A stretch of 64,000 bases of DNA from Balanoglossus misakiensis (GCA_040954595.2 CM082583.2:838542-902541); one strand, 5' to 3'; counted from the first letter of the stretch, positions 11,701 to 22,691 are shown. Notes: generated by a model not told the origin, from the sequence alone. Made by a program: numbers and translations.

Positions 11701-14700
11701 AGTTTGTATTTAAGAGAACAATGAATATATGCCCCTACCCCGCCACCCCGACCGATGTTTCTGCTATTTAACTCAAAAGAGTAATTTGGCAAATTAAAAA
11801 AAGTTGGATTATTGATTTGCCAGGTTTCTGAAACACCAATAATGTGAAAAGGACTGGTGATACATTCATTATACAGGAGACGTACATCGTCTATACTATT
11901 ACAGAGAGATCTTGCATTAATATGAGATACTGAGAAAGAATGGCTGGATCTAGAGCTAAATTTATCATTAAATGTTGACGGTTCTAGTATATGATTTGTA
12001 ACTGTGAAAATGTCATCATCTATGTCATTTACTGAGTTTGGCATGAAGCAATATATGGGAAACCAAGAAAATGTCTACAAGATGGTTTATACAATCTTGG
12101 CAAGGTCCAGCTCATTCCTTATCACTAGTACAGGTGACTGCTCACTTTTCTTCACAAGAACTTCACCGTTCCGCGTCCACGCATACTTATAGCGTGCTGA
12201 TTAGCGCTTCACGTTCGTCATCTTAAAAAGTTTGCGTGCTTTTGGAGTTAGATTTTCATTTACGTAGATTTTGTTCCGATTGGCATATCCAATATCTCCA
12301 GTTGTAATGGTCGCTAGCTTCTTTTTGTTCCGGTGGATATAGTCGCGTTTCTTCCTGCTTAAGAATCGCACAATGATTGGTCTTGGGAAAGTAGGTGCAG
12401 CATTGTCACCTGTATGCTTTTGACCTAATCTGTGGGTAATCACAATGTCGTGGTCACTGATACCTGGATCGATCTTTTTAGCACTCTTGTTACGATTGCA
12501 TCTGTATTTTCTCCATCATCTGCACTTTCATGAATTCCATGAAGTTCAATGTTTTCACGTCTATTGTATGATTCATACTTTCCATAGATTTCTCGAGCTC
12601 TGTGATGCGAGTGAAAAGCTGTTCATTCGTTTCTTTGACTTCTTTATTTTCAAGCTCCAAAGTAGAAACTCGTCCACGTACTTCCTCTACAAGTCCGTTG
12701 AAGAACTCCAGTGACGAATTTATTGTGCTTTGGCTTTCTTTGAGCTCAGCAATACTGATCAATAGTGCCGGTATGTGATTTACATGTGAACAGATTTCAG
12801 CAAGCCGGTTTTCTATTGATTGTGGTGTGCCAGCTGGAGGTGTTGATTGGCAAGAGTCTGATGATCCAGATGGTGTTTGGTCTTTTCTTCTCGGCATCGT
12901 GAATGAGCACAGGTGTTCGATTACACAACGTGGGTTTTAAACAAAGGAGCAGAATTCCAGTACTATTTTGCATGCATAATGAGATCGACTGGAACTAACG
13001 GCAGGATTCTGTGTGCTGGCTTCGACTTGATAGATAAAAATCAAAACTCACTTTTGACAAAAAGTTACAGCAATCTTCCGCAAAAATCCGTTGCCAGCTA
13101 ATAGTCCACGCCTTCAAAAATCGACACATTGACCGGTGATGAAAACAAGTTCCAACTAAGGAGTGATTTTTGGCTCGTACCAAGAGACGATGTTGCTGAA
13201 CTTGTCGACCATGCGCAGCGCCCTCTATCCACATATGACAAATGACATCACAATTTTTCTTAGGAATACCTACGCTGTACCGTGTCATGAGATAAAAAGA
13301 CTGTTAATACTACCCATTTTTCCACTACCTTGTTAAGATGACTATATGCTTGAGGAGACAATCCTCAAACCTCATAGACTCCCCATCTTCCCTACTTCAG
13401 TCACCGATTCCATTGCTGCTGCATGCCTGAGCAAATTTTGTTCAAATTTGGTGCAGTTTTTTGTTTCACAATATAATCCAAAAAAGACACTTTTGGTATC
13501 GTGTTTCACATTTGTTTGTTCAGAGTGGTGACAGTAATTGTGTCAGACCATTGTTTTCATTGTGATCTCTTCTTACAGCGTATTGAACGATGGTGGGGTG
13601 TGTTAAGAAGTAAAAGTGCAGATTGGTGGATTGACCATTTTAAGGTAAAGTATCATTTGGCTTGTACAAATGTGTTCTGCAAAACAAAATCAACTCAAAC
13701 ACAAAGATGGTTGTATAAGTGACAAAATTTGTATTCTCATAGAATGTGCCACAGCCCAAGATGCAATGTCATTAGTGGATGCAGTTGTGTGTAGGAATGA
13801 GAAAAATAACCAGTATAGCTCAAGTCAGCTCATATCATGATGTTGAATTGTCCTGCAGAGTTTTTATACATGAGGACTAGGCTTTCCAAACATTTTTTTT
13901 CTTGGCCATGGCCTTGCAGGCAGTTTATACACAAGTACAAGACCACATTCACTGACACATTTTACTGTAGCATTACAGGAAATTCACCACTATCAATTTT
14001 TTATCCCCTAGGATTTGGTATCAATGGGTCATTTGCAGTTAGGTGACCCGGTCAACATGTGAGTTGATACACTTTATGTTTTGTTTCAAGTAATGAAAGA
14101 AATTCCATTATTCAATCTGTCAATGTTTGCACAGAGCAGAGAAGAAACAGACACAGACAGGATGGTAGAGACATAGACAGGAGATCAAATATTGCAGTTC
14201 GTTTGAAATCCGTAGATCTGCTGGAAATCATATTTTTAACTGGATGAATTTCCATAAACTTGTAACATTATGCTATTTGTTAAGTATGATAAAATGCACA
14301 TATTATTCCCAAGCATCTTGAAATCAATTTGCATTTTTTCTTTCAGAATGAGTATGCAGTTTTGTTATTTTTCTGTCATGCAAAGGGAACTGGATGAGGT
14401 AGTTGAGAGGTGGAACCACCACAGAATAAGGCGACAAAATAAAGGAGATTCTGTATCAGGCATTCCAGAAATTCTCTATACCTGTCCTGAGTTACTAGGT
14501 ACTTTTTTATTGCAACAAAATAAAGAAACCAACAAAGATTCATTAAAATTGCAGAAATGCTACCTAATCTGGACCCTGTGACTGAATGTAGATCACAAGT
14601 CATGTGGGTATTTCACTCATTAGGTCAACATAAGGCTTATCCATGAAGTAAATGACATGCAGTGTTTAAAGCATAAATCATGAACATTGGAAAGTTTCCT

Positions 14701-15383
14701 CAACAAAAATCTCAAGATTACATAACATCTGCAGAGAATGATAGAAAAATAACATTTCAATCACTTCATTGCTTAAGGTAAATAAAATAAAATAACTTAA
14801 TATACATCTGGCACCAAGAACAATAGATACTCCAATATAAACAAAAAAGAAAGATGGCTGCTCAGTGTGTACTGTGTTTCAGCTGATCGGTTATGGTTGA
14901 TCGTACCAGCGTTTTGAAAGCCAAATAATATGCAACACAAGAACTAACTGAGATGTAAGATGTACAATAATAATTTTATTATGAAAATACCACAAAGTAT
15001 ATATTTGGACATTAGCATAGTGCATCGCCCTCCGCTACGCATCAGGCGATACGTGGCGCTAATGTCCTTGAGCATACTTTGCAGTATTTTCGTAATACCC
15101 TCATAGTATTTAACCCATACATAAATTCTTATTTGAACAAACATATTTTGTTATTTCAGACCGCCCTAATTGTCGGAACTACATACATTCAGTCAACGCT
15201 GGCTCTCAAACTTTCTTGCTATGCAAGTCACAGTGTAACTTTAATAATGGTTGAAATGAAGATTTCGCAGTTGTGGCACGGAACATATGCCAAATGAATG
15301 GATGGAATCATGAACCCACTACAGCATTTGCAGCAAAAGAACTCTACTTGCACTTGACACCTTGCCTTGAAGAACTTTTCTAA
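7889..15383 (+). CDS. Multi-exon DDE 'integrase core' transposase of IS3/IS481 type (IS3EU-like); 5' exons not in window; in-frame TGA in last exon
   Basis: Exons with AG/GT borders and consistent phases: 7889-7943 (DGYDKLSPYGFAIHGCIDG), 8157-8254 (FSRRVLWLKVGASNNDP..), 8620-8756 (GCPRILRADHGTE..YGPSTANQ), 13579-13644 (RIERWWGVLR..), 14012-14058, 14347-14498 (QRELDEVVERWNHHRIR..GIPEILYTCPE), 15160-15383 (..AKELYLHL..). D, D and E catalytic motifs are present. Confidence 0.85.
9093..12044 (-). CDS. LINE ORF2: APE endonuclease + reverse transcriptase (983 aa, open)
   Basis: HINARSL, GVSETW, GGGVGAY, MGDFN, IDHI, SDHLP (endonuclease); NYRPIAIL, QYGFR, IDFSKAFDT, GVPQGSVLGP, LFADD (RT). Confidence 0.93.
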   Translation of the reverse strand: MPNSVNDIDDDIFTVTNHILEPSTFNDKFSSRSSHSFSVSHINARSLCNSIDDVRLLYNECITSPFHIIGVSETWQINNPTFFNLPNYSFELNSRNIGRGGGVGAYIHCSLKYKLLNFNVVHSESLWFEICGLKNRIVVGVLYRKPGTSVTEFEDSLFNVLCSLKLDKKHCILMGDFNIDVSSPDSSARDFIPRMQCLHLEQLISSPTRITSTSKSTIDHIYSNISSCHIDAGTIIADISDHLPIFSIFNNFNVHTPFVRSVCTRNFRRYNSARFISDLINVNWNVVMHNNSCVNTAFDTFSNLFSQVCDHHAPLEVKTIKAKCNKNPWITKAIKKSIRTKRKLYAKVVTTQHEPSAVARYTTYRNILTSVLRKAKRVYYANLFTVNNNGKVWNVVNELLGKNTTLDKAPDQLKVNVNGIERLVDKPADMAKCFNDFFVHVGQNLAKHIPKTTKDFKNYMNDPMPNSFFLHPVTVAEIKEILVHLDSKKASGWDNIPPRLLIDAADVIAQPLTHIINMSFCTGVFPNSLKVAKVKPIFKKGEQNIAGNYRPIAILSMFSKVIEKVVNKQVITYLDKYNILYKHQYGFRKNHSTKHTLINLVNHLLKEIDKGNSTLGVFIDFSKAFDTIHHATLLSKLEHYGFRGPCQHWFNSYLTDRSQYVTLTSHVSEKSLIHNGVPQGSVLGPTLFLIYINDLPNSSTFFDFRLFADDSNLFHSFSGADSINLTHISSYLNDVQQWCNANKLTINRAKTHFIIFRGRQKKLNVLGSLQIQNEEIKEVDVIPFVGVLLDKHLSWSHQINKINNLIRKHCGILYKIRNILPLHIRILYYNAFILPHVTYGLEVWGNTYPTKLRCIQVAQKTIVRIMLFKSHMDHSSPLFNQLNILDITKLHSYLLGSFIYYLYHQKSPHSLSDYFDTTSHEHNTRIWLHHYLRPFHAKTNSGQFSISHTGAKIWNDIPPQIKSSNTLCQFRRTFKQHLLNQYK
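12087..12897 (-). pseudogene. LINE ORF1 (coiled coil, RRM, C-terminal domain), disrupted
   Basis: Coiled coil in ORF 12490..12897; HRLG..PRPIIVRF..IYVNENLT in ORF 12201..12443; YKYAWTRNGEVLVKK after a premature TAA at 12201-12203; frameshift near 12565. Confidence 0.8.
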
Positions 15384-15424
15384 ACTACACAACTAAAGAG
15401 AACAATACAACAGCTAATACTTTA

Positions 15425-15621
15425 GAGGCCGTTCAGTTTTCATGGCTTGGGGCAAGTTTGTGTCATCTGTTTTCAAAAACAGGCAGACCCCCCCCCCCAT
15501 TCCCTTTACACGGGACCAAAAAATGATGACCCCCCTTTTGAATTTCCAAATTTAAGTGACACCCCCTTGATTTTGCCGACTCCCCCTACCTACCTCCCGC
15601 CGTAAAAACTGAATGGTCCCC
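15425..15621. mobile_element. MITE (~200 bp) between the two convergent stop codons
   Basis: Imperfect TIRs GAGGCCGTTCAGTTTTT / AAAAACTGAATGGTCCCC, with TA on both sides. Confidence 0.75.
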
Positions 15622-17099
15622 TAGTAAAAAAAAATGTTCACAAGTACAGTTCAAAACAGCCCACACAGAAGAACATCATCATAGTTTGTTAGGGTGTCAT
15701 CCAGGTCACCACTAATCTGTTGAACAAATAAAAAAGTGATTTCATGCATTAAAAAACATTGTTTATCATATTCATGTGTATGTACTGACATTTTGTGATG
15801 CGAAATAAAACTTGGTAATCAGAATAGCTGTACTATGTGAACATTTGGATTCTGTTTCACGAGACTGAAGAATGTTGTGCATTTTTGGACAACTCGATTT
15901 TCAGTATAAAACTGCTAAAAAAGACAGTTGATCAATCTCTCAAAATTGGCAAACACCGAAATATGCAAATATCATCAAAAAAATTTAAAATTATTAAATT
16001 ACCTCTTTCACTAGCATCATTTCTGGTAGATATTCTACGAAAAGGAAGTCAGCCTCAGCTGTGGCATGGTATTCATGCTGACACTGAAAATCAACACAGT
16101 TGGGAGGATCGAAACATTGCAGAAAAAATCTGCAAGGAAGATCTTCTGAATCAACTGTACCGCAAATCCAATCAAAGACATCCTGCAAAGCAAATAGATT
16201 CTTTTATGTTTACAATTATAATGCTAGAATATGATGATTAATCCAAACCTTGGTTTCTTTATTTTGGTATGACTGCAGTTACACTCAGAAATGCCTTACA
16301 TTGTAAGGCTGCAACGGACTGTATTTGAACAGTGAACATGAAACACACAATTTACACTTGATGGCCCATATCTTGACTTACTTTGAGTGTATCTAGGTCT
16401 CTGAATGGCCTTTCCAGGACCTCATCGTTCACCATGATGCAGATTTGTCTTTTCCTTTCGTTAATCAAGGGCAATCTTATATTTTCGGCTCTGGCCTGTG
16501 CTGCCTGTAAAGAAATAAACACATTGAGTGTCATAACCTGAGCAGACAATTCACTGACTAACCGGTTCCTAGGGAAGAGATTGCCTTGCCTAACGTGAAA
16601 TAGGTATGTGGATGAGAAAGTACAAAACAAACATTTAGTAGAATGCACCTCTGAGCTTTAAATTTTTAGACATTGGACCTAAAAATTAACAATTTATCAA
16701 AAACTATCCTATAAATGTAAAAATGAAGAATTTATCAAAAACTACAAAGACAATCAACACGTTTCAATCCAGTATTAACATCATTGCCCAAACTGTCACT
16801 TTGGTGTAGGAGTATAACCAATCCAGTCAAATGTATGACTCAGAATCAAAATTCGACTAAACTTACATCTTTCCTCTGCAATTTCCTTTGAGCTTGTTTC
16901 TCTCTTTCCTGTAACGTTAATATTGATACCATTTAATACCTTAGACTAATCAATATCCCCCAGGGGCGGCCTAAACATCACATGTGAAAGCCCCATTTGT
17001 TTAAGAGTCATTCCATAATCTTTCAACACCTTTGCAAATACCAGTCAGAGTTATTTTCCATCATATCTGCTCTGACTGTCCCCATATTTCCTCATGCAG

Positions 17100-17261
17100 C
17101 AGTAAAACCTGTCTAATCTTGAAACCTATCTATATTGAACACATGTTCCTGTCCCTTTGACATGGAACCACATGTTAAAAGAACCCCTATAAACCAGACA
17201 CCTTTGCAAATGGAATAATTTCTTCAGTCACTTTGGTGTTCAGTTTCGACAGGTTTTACTG
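17100..17261. mobile_element. Small Tc1/pogo-type MITE
   Basis: TIR CAGTAAAACCTGTC / GACAGGTTTTACTG, followed by TA on the right. Confidence 0.7.
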
Positions 17262-17371
17262 TAGCAGAATAGACATTTTGCCAATAAATACAATTGGTAT
17301 TGACTAGAAGTGCCTGATCATTCGAATATTTATTCGGAGAACCTGCTCCATCATTTATAGTAGTTAATTAA

Positions 17372-18104
17372 GGTGGCATTGCATGAAAAGTTGTGATTTT
17401 TGCCAAATTTTACTTTTTTACATAAATCGGTAGGCCTAACACTGACCCACAACCTGACTAATACGTCTTGGCGGAAATGGTGCATAATCACCCCAAAATA
17501 GCACTTTTCTGAATGAGTTCACAGCTTAAAAAATAGGTGTCAACAATGCAAATAGCCGTTTTTCTCAGTTTGCATTTTCGCTGCTCTTGACAACTTCGGA
17601 CTAAAATAGCTTCGCCCTGCGTTGGCCGAATTTGCTCAAATTTTGACAGGGAATTGTGTATGACCCATCCAACAAAACGCTAGTTTTGTTTGTCGATAAA
17701 GTGTCCCTGGCGGGAATAAACTCTGATTCAATACAACTCACCGTGAATTTGATCAAATTTTCTGAAAATCTAACTTTTAAACGCTGTTACTCCTCAATGG
17801 AAGCAGATAACGCAAAACAAAATTAGCGTTTTTTTGCACGTGTACTCTAGTTTTGAATGACATATTAAGATGCATGATGCATGGTCAACTGTTTTACCTA
17901 TTTTAAATTTCATGACATAATATCAAAAAATGGTTTTTTTCACCCAAAATCGCCACCATTTCCGGGGATCAATAATATTTGCAACTCAAACAAAAGTTCA
18001 AAATCTCAGCTTCCAGAATATATATGGTTTATGGGGGTTTTAACTTTTTCTTTGATGAGAAATAGGCCTCTGAAAAAGTCTCGACGGTTTCATGCAGTGC
18101 CACC
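17372..18104. mobile_element. Non-autonomous TTAA-targeting DNA transposon (Kolobok-like)
   Basis: TTAA-GGTGGCATTGCATGAAA ... TTTCATGCAGTGCCACC-TTAA: TIRs with GG..CC ends and a TTAA duplication. Confidence 0.85.
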
Positions 18105-18916
18105 TTAATCATGTCTAACCTGTTCTGAATTCAATGCCTGTTCAGCAGTACATTCTTTCATGGATTCCTCACATGAAGCTGCCACCTCCTCCACCACTGT
18201 TATGTCAACAGAATTTTCAACCGCAATCACTTCTACATCTTCATTGACACCATCACAGGACACAGGATCACAGGACACAGGATCACAGGACACTAACTTT
18301 TCATTGTCAGTACCCTATAACAGAAAATAAAAAAATGAAATATCTATCTGGCTGTAATTATGATTTTGTAAAATGTTGCTGTTTTGTGCTTAAACTATAT
18401 TTTTTGTTCCCCATAAATTTTGTTGAAATGTCAAGATTTCAATTCATCGCCAGTAGATACTGTATGCCACACTGTATTACAAACCATGACATCACTGGCA
18501 GACTAAATTTCACATGTTAAAATATTCATGCCATTATACCTTGACCATTTCTTGTTCTTGTTCAGGTTCCTCTTGCTGCTCGAACTCTTTGTCTTGCAGT
18601 TGCAGCTTCTTTTGAACAAAGGATGCTTTCAAAGAATGTTTTGCTGTGGAATACAAAAAAAAAATACACAATACAGAAATGCCCTGAAAATTGATAAGCA
18701 CATCAGCATAGCTCACATATGCATAAAGAAACTGTTAATTATTTACTACTGAGTTTTAGTCCATACTAAAATCATTTCTCAATGTTGACTATACAAAGAC
18801 CAGATGTTCTCGTAGGAGGATCCTTAAACCTTTGGCAATGAAACTACAAACCATAGTTCTAACCTGGGACTACACATAACAAAAGGACAGATTTACTCTG
18901 GAAAATAGGTCATTAA

Positions 18917-20242
18917 AGGGACAATGTCTCTCTCTTGCTGCCCCTTTTCCATTAATTATGTTTGATACAAGACACCGTTTATGTTATTATATGTGTGGAT
19001 ATATAGTGAATCAACGTTCAACCACACACACCTTCCATTCGGCTTGAAGACATGAGTGAAAAAAAATCGCCAAAATGAATAATATTCCTCTACCATTTTT
19101 TCATTTGGGGCGAGTTTTTATTCTCATATCATCATACAAGTGAAATGGAAGTTGTGTGTGGTCGAATGTTGATTCGCTGTATGTCTACATGTAAAAACAT
19201 AGCAACATAGCAATAAGCACATCTGCTCTGGATGCCAAGATATGGAAAAGTAGGTCAAAGGTCACCTGAGGTCATGCAAAATTTGGGCATAAAATTTTGA
19301 CCCTATACTGGTCCATGTTCAACAAAAACCAAACCTATAGCCCTATTGGTTAGCCTGGAATTAGGTATGCACATAATTAATGAGATATGCAAGTGTCACA
19401 GGTGACCCCCAATTTTGGCTTTTCAATTTTAGTCCCAACCCTCCAAACGCGAAGTCTCTACCTGCTCTGGATGCCAAGATATGATAAAGTAGGTCAAAGG
19501 TCACCTGAGGTCATGCAAAATTTGGGCAAGAAATTTTGACCTTATACTGGTCCATGTTCAATAAAAACCAAACCTATAGCCTTATTGGTTAGCCTGGAAT
19601 TAGGTATGCACATAATTAATGTGTTAAGCAGGTGTTACAGGTGAGCCCAAAAATTTGCCTTTTATTTTGGCCCCATTGTGCTCACTGACCAATAGACAGT
19701 CACTGTACAGGACTATTGCACAGACCAGAACTCCACAATAAGACGTGGACATAGCTTAACCATAGAGGTATAAGTAAAGGTATAAATTTAATAAAAAGAC
19801 TAAAAAATTCATAAAAAATAAAACATCCATGATATTAACTTAACACTTACAGGTCGATGTGAGGTTGACATAAGGTACATGCATACCAATTTTTAAAGCA
19901 ATCTGAGCAGTAGTTGTTGACTTTCAGAGTTTTGATAAATTTCACATTTTACTGGCTAATTTGCATATTTTTGGGCCTGGCAACTTCGTTTGGACAAACT
20001 CCCATCTACAGCCCTGCCTGCATCTGCACACCAAATATCAAGGTGATACGCGCAGCGGTTTTCAAGTTTTTGATGTGGACGGACATACAGACATACATAC
20101 ATACATCCATACAGACACAACCCATCCCATAAGGTCCCATGGTATATAGGCCTATACCAATGGGACCTAATAACACAAATAATATCTTGTATCAAACATA
20201 ATTAATGTAAAAAAGCAGCAAGAAGCAGAGAGAGACTTTGCC
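18917..20242. mobile_element. Old foldback element (TTAA-flanked) split by a nested insertion
   Basis: ATTAATTATGTTTGATACAAGA (18951) pairs with TCTTGTATCAAACATAATTAAT (to 20206). Internal palindrome at 18990-19195. TTAA at 18913 and 20243. Confidence 0.65.
19195..20170. mobile_element. Helentron-associated non-autonomous element (HINE/DINE-1/pearl-like organisation)
   Basis: Two ~239-bp core repeats (19223, 19462) containing GGTCAAAGGTCA, an (ACAT/ACAG)n microsatellite at ~20083-20115, and a terminal hairpin AGGTCCCA..TGGGACCT at 20132-20168. Confidence 0.6.
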
Positions 20243-22691
20243 TTAAGGGGTCACTGATAGACAAGGCTGAAACTTTTTTAGTGCAACCTTTGAGTCAGAT
20301 AATCAAGTTAATCAAGTATAATGCACCTGTGCACTTACACAATCAAAGTGGTGGAACTTGGAGGTAGCATTGTTGGAATAAAAGTGCCCATACTTGGGCC
20401 ATTGTCACATGACCAGACAGGTACCACTATCCTGCAATTTTGCAAATACATGTCTAAAATGGCATTTGTTGAATTTGTTATGTTCATGCCAGGCTTTGCA
20501 TAATTGCATGATAGCATGAATATACCAACCATAAAGTCCACCATGCCAATGATACCCACTGGATAATGGGGTCTGCCCAGTCATGTGACAATGACAGAAA
20601 TGGCGCTTTTCTTCCAACAAAACAAGTTCTGCCACTTCTATTTTTGTCTGTTTTTGTTTAAAAAGCAGCAAGTGAATAATAAAAAACTACCATGACTTTT
20701 TAACCTGGATAATCCAACACAAAACGGGCACAAAGAAAAAAAACAACCTTTCAATTTATCCAGTTAAATACTTGACACAACTTGTGACAATGTAAATAGA
20801 CATGATTTACTCACTCTGCCCAACTGCAAACATGAAGACTGGCAACTTGTCTGTCTTCGCCTTCATACTTTTGTATTTTGCCTTCAGGTCTTTTAATTGG
20901 AAATTCATTGGGTCCTTCATCCTTATGAACACTCCTATGTCATTCATCTCATAAGGTACAAAATCCACGTCGATGAAGTGTGCCGATACACTCTGGGCCC
21001 AGTGCATGGCATTTGAGCCACTGTCCACGGTAATGGCCACCTGACTTTTTCTGCCGACAGCTGATGGTAGTACTGCCCCCATTTTCTTTAGAACTCCTTT
21101 ACTGTCTTTTGTCAGTGGTGTAACATTTAACACCTGAATGAAAATGTTACAAAATAGGGTAAACATCAAAATTTTAATAAATGTATGTAAAATGGCATGA
21201 ATATAAACTTAAATTTTCATAAAATCAGGAAATAACTAACAAGGAAAAGACTTGTACATTGCATGGATATGAAGAAAACATGTGTTATAACTCCTAGCAA
21301 TTACGTATAATGCTTAAAGGCTGAACTGTACATAACCTTGGTCTATACTTTCCTGTGTATGTATACTCTACACTTCTATTCTATTCCCTAAAGCATGATG
21401 AAATTACCAGTGTCTAGAATGTTTACCTTGTCTGTAAATTAGATGATGAGAAATTAAATACATGTACTGGGCAATTCATCATGCTATTGGGTGTAGAATG
21501 GAAAGAAAACAAAAGTGTAGACAAAATACAAAAAGGTTAGTGGTGGGGGGGGGGACTAAAACATGCCATTGGCAGCTCACGAGTCAGTCAATGGCCAGTC
21601 AGTGTTTGCCTGTTGATCTGTGTGTGAGCATGGACACTTTCATCTGTATTTCCAAACACATAAACACCTAGCAGTGAGACAGGAACATCCACTGAAAAGG
21701 AAATCCTGTCACCCTCAAATTGGTTTCCTTTCCATGTGTTTGGATTTTTTTCATTGATGAAACGCCGCGCCACAATGGCATTATTTGGAACCACATTTCT
21801 TGTGATTACATCCACATAACCAGGAACAGGAAAATTGCATCCAGGATGTCGAACTGCTTTTAATATCTGGAAGATGGGGAAGAAATGGCTCAAAACAAAA
21901 GGGGGCATCCATATCATTGCCATTGACACCCTGAAGTTTCCTTTCCACCCATAAAAACAATGCATTCAAAAGTGTGTCTTCCTTTACCGAAAGCGTCTGA
22001 CGCTGAATTATTTTTACAACTATGCTTTCAGGAAGTTGAAGAAAATCTTCCAAAACTTGCTCAGAATTAAACAGTTTAACACCATTCTGATCAATTATTG
22101 ACAGACAGTGTTCAAAAGTACTATCTAACTGGTATTTCTGACAAAATACAAGGTCTCTAATACTGCGGGAAGTTACAATGTTGGAAATTAAAAATGATTC
22201 ACATTTCTCTTTTAAAGAATTTATCATGTAAAAGTTACATATCTCCACATAATCTTCAACATTTTCACTTGTAATATTTAACTTTTCAAAATAAAAATCA
22301 TCAATGACATTTTGCATGAGTAAGGGATCAAAGTCAGAACAATCAATGGTTTTGTCGTTGGCCCATTCCGAATGCAAACGGGCGGCAAACACATCCGAAA
22401 AAAGACACAACACCAATGAATGGGCCCTTCTCGTCTGACCATCTCTGAAGCGAAGGATGACATCATTTGCTACAGTGTCTTGGTTTCTATATGAAGTTTG
22501 CAATTTTTGGGCCAGTAACATGATGTCTGCAAGTGTAACAAAGGTATAACACCAGTATTGTATCAGTTTAGTTGTATATCGACACAAACTGAATAGCTCA
22601 GGGCCTAACTGTATCCTAATTATATTGGAAAATATCTGAATTGTTAGATTGTTCATTTTATCAGTTTATTACCATTTTGGTAGGAAATTCT

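Larger units (their letters stand above)
8766..13233 (-). mobile_element. Near full-length CR1/L2-group (Crack-like) LINE, antisense in a transposase intron
   Basis: ORF1 remnants plus an intact ORF2, a 3' UTR, and a (TTA)n tail (8766-8796, ATA repeats on +) right after an AATAAA. The 5' end is approximate and no clear TSD was found. Confidence 0.88.
15651..22521 (-). pseudogene. Multi-exon BTB-BACK-PHR-like + acidic + coiled-coil + UBX-like gene, with a frameshift and a premature stop
   Basis: Exons (-): 22526-21581 (ATG 22521; BTB DVILRF..AHSLVLCLFSDVFAARL; BACK; PHR-like RRF..W..DRISFSVD..LLGVYVFG), possible 21431-21427, 21133-20815, 18643-18540, 18314-18120, 16908-16867, 16504-16382 (ICIMVNDEVLERPFRDLDTLK), 16182-16003 (DVFDWI..), 15716-15651 (stop). 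All borders are AG/GT and the phases join. Frameshift near 21870; TGA at 21590-21588. Confidence 0.68.

Noticed and set aside
20335-20671. Possible extra exon of the BTB gene (overlapping minus-strand ORFs, donor-like GTAAGT near 20338)
   Set aside because: I found no frame that is both phase-compatible and stop-free; 20815->18643 already joins in phase. Left unresolved.
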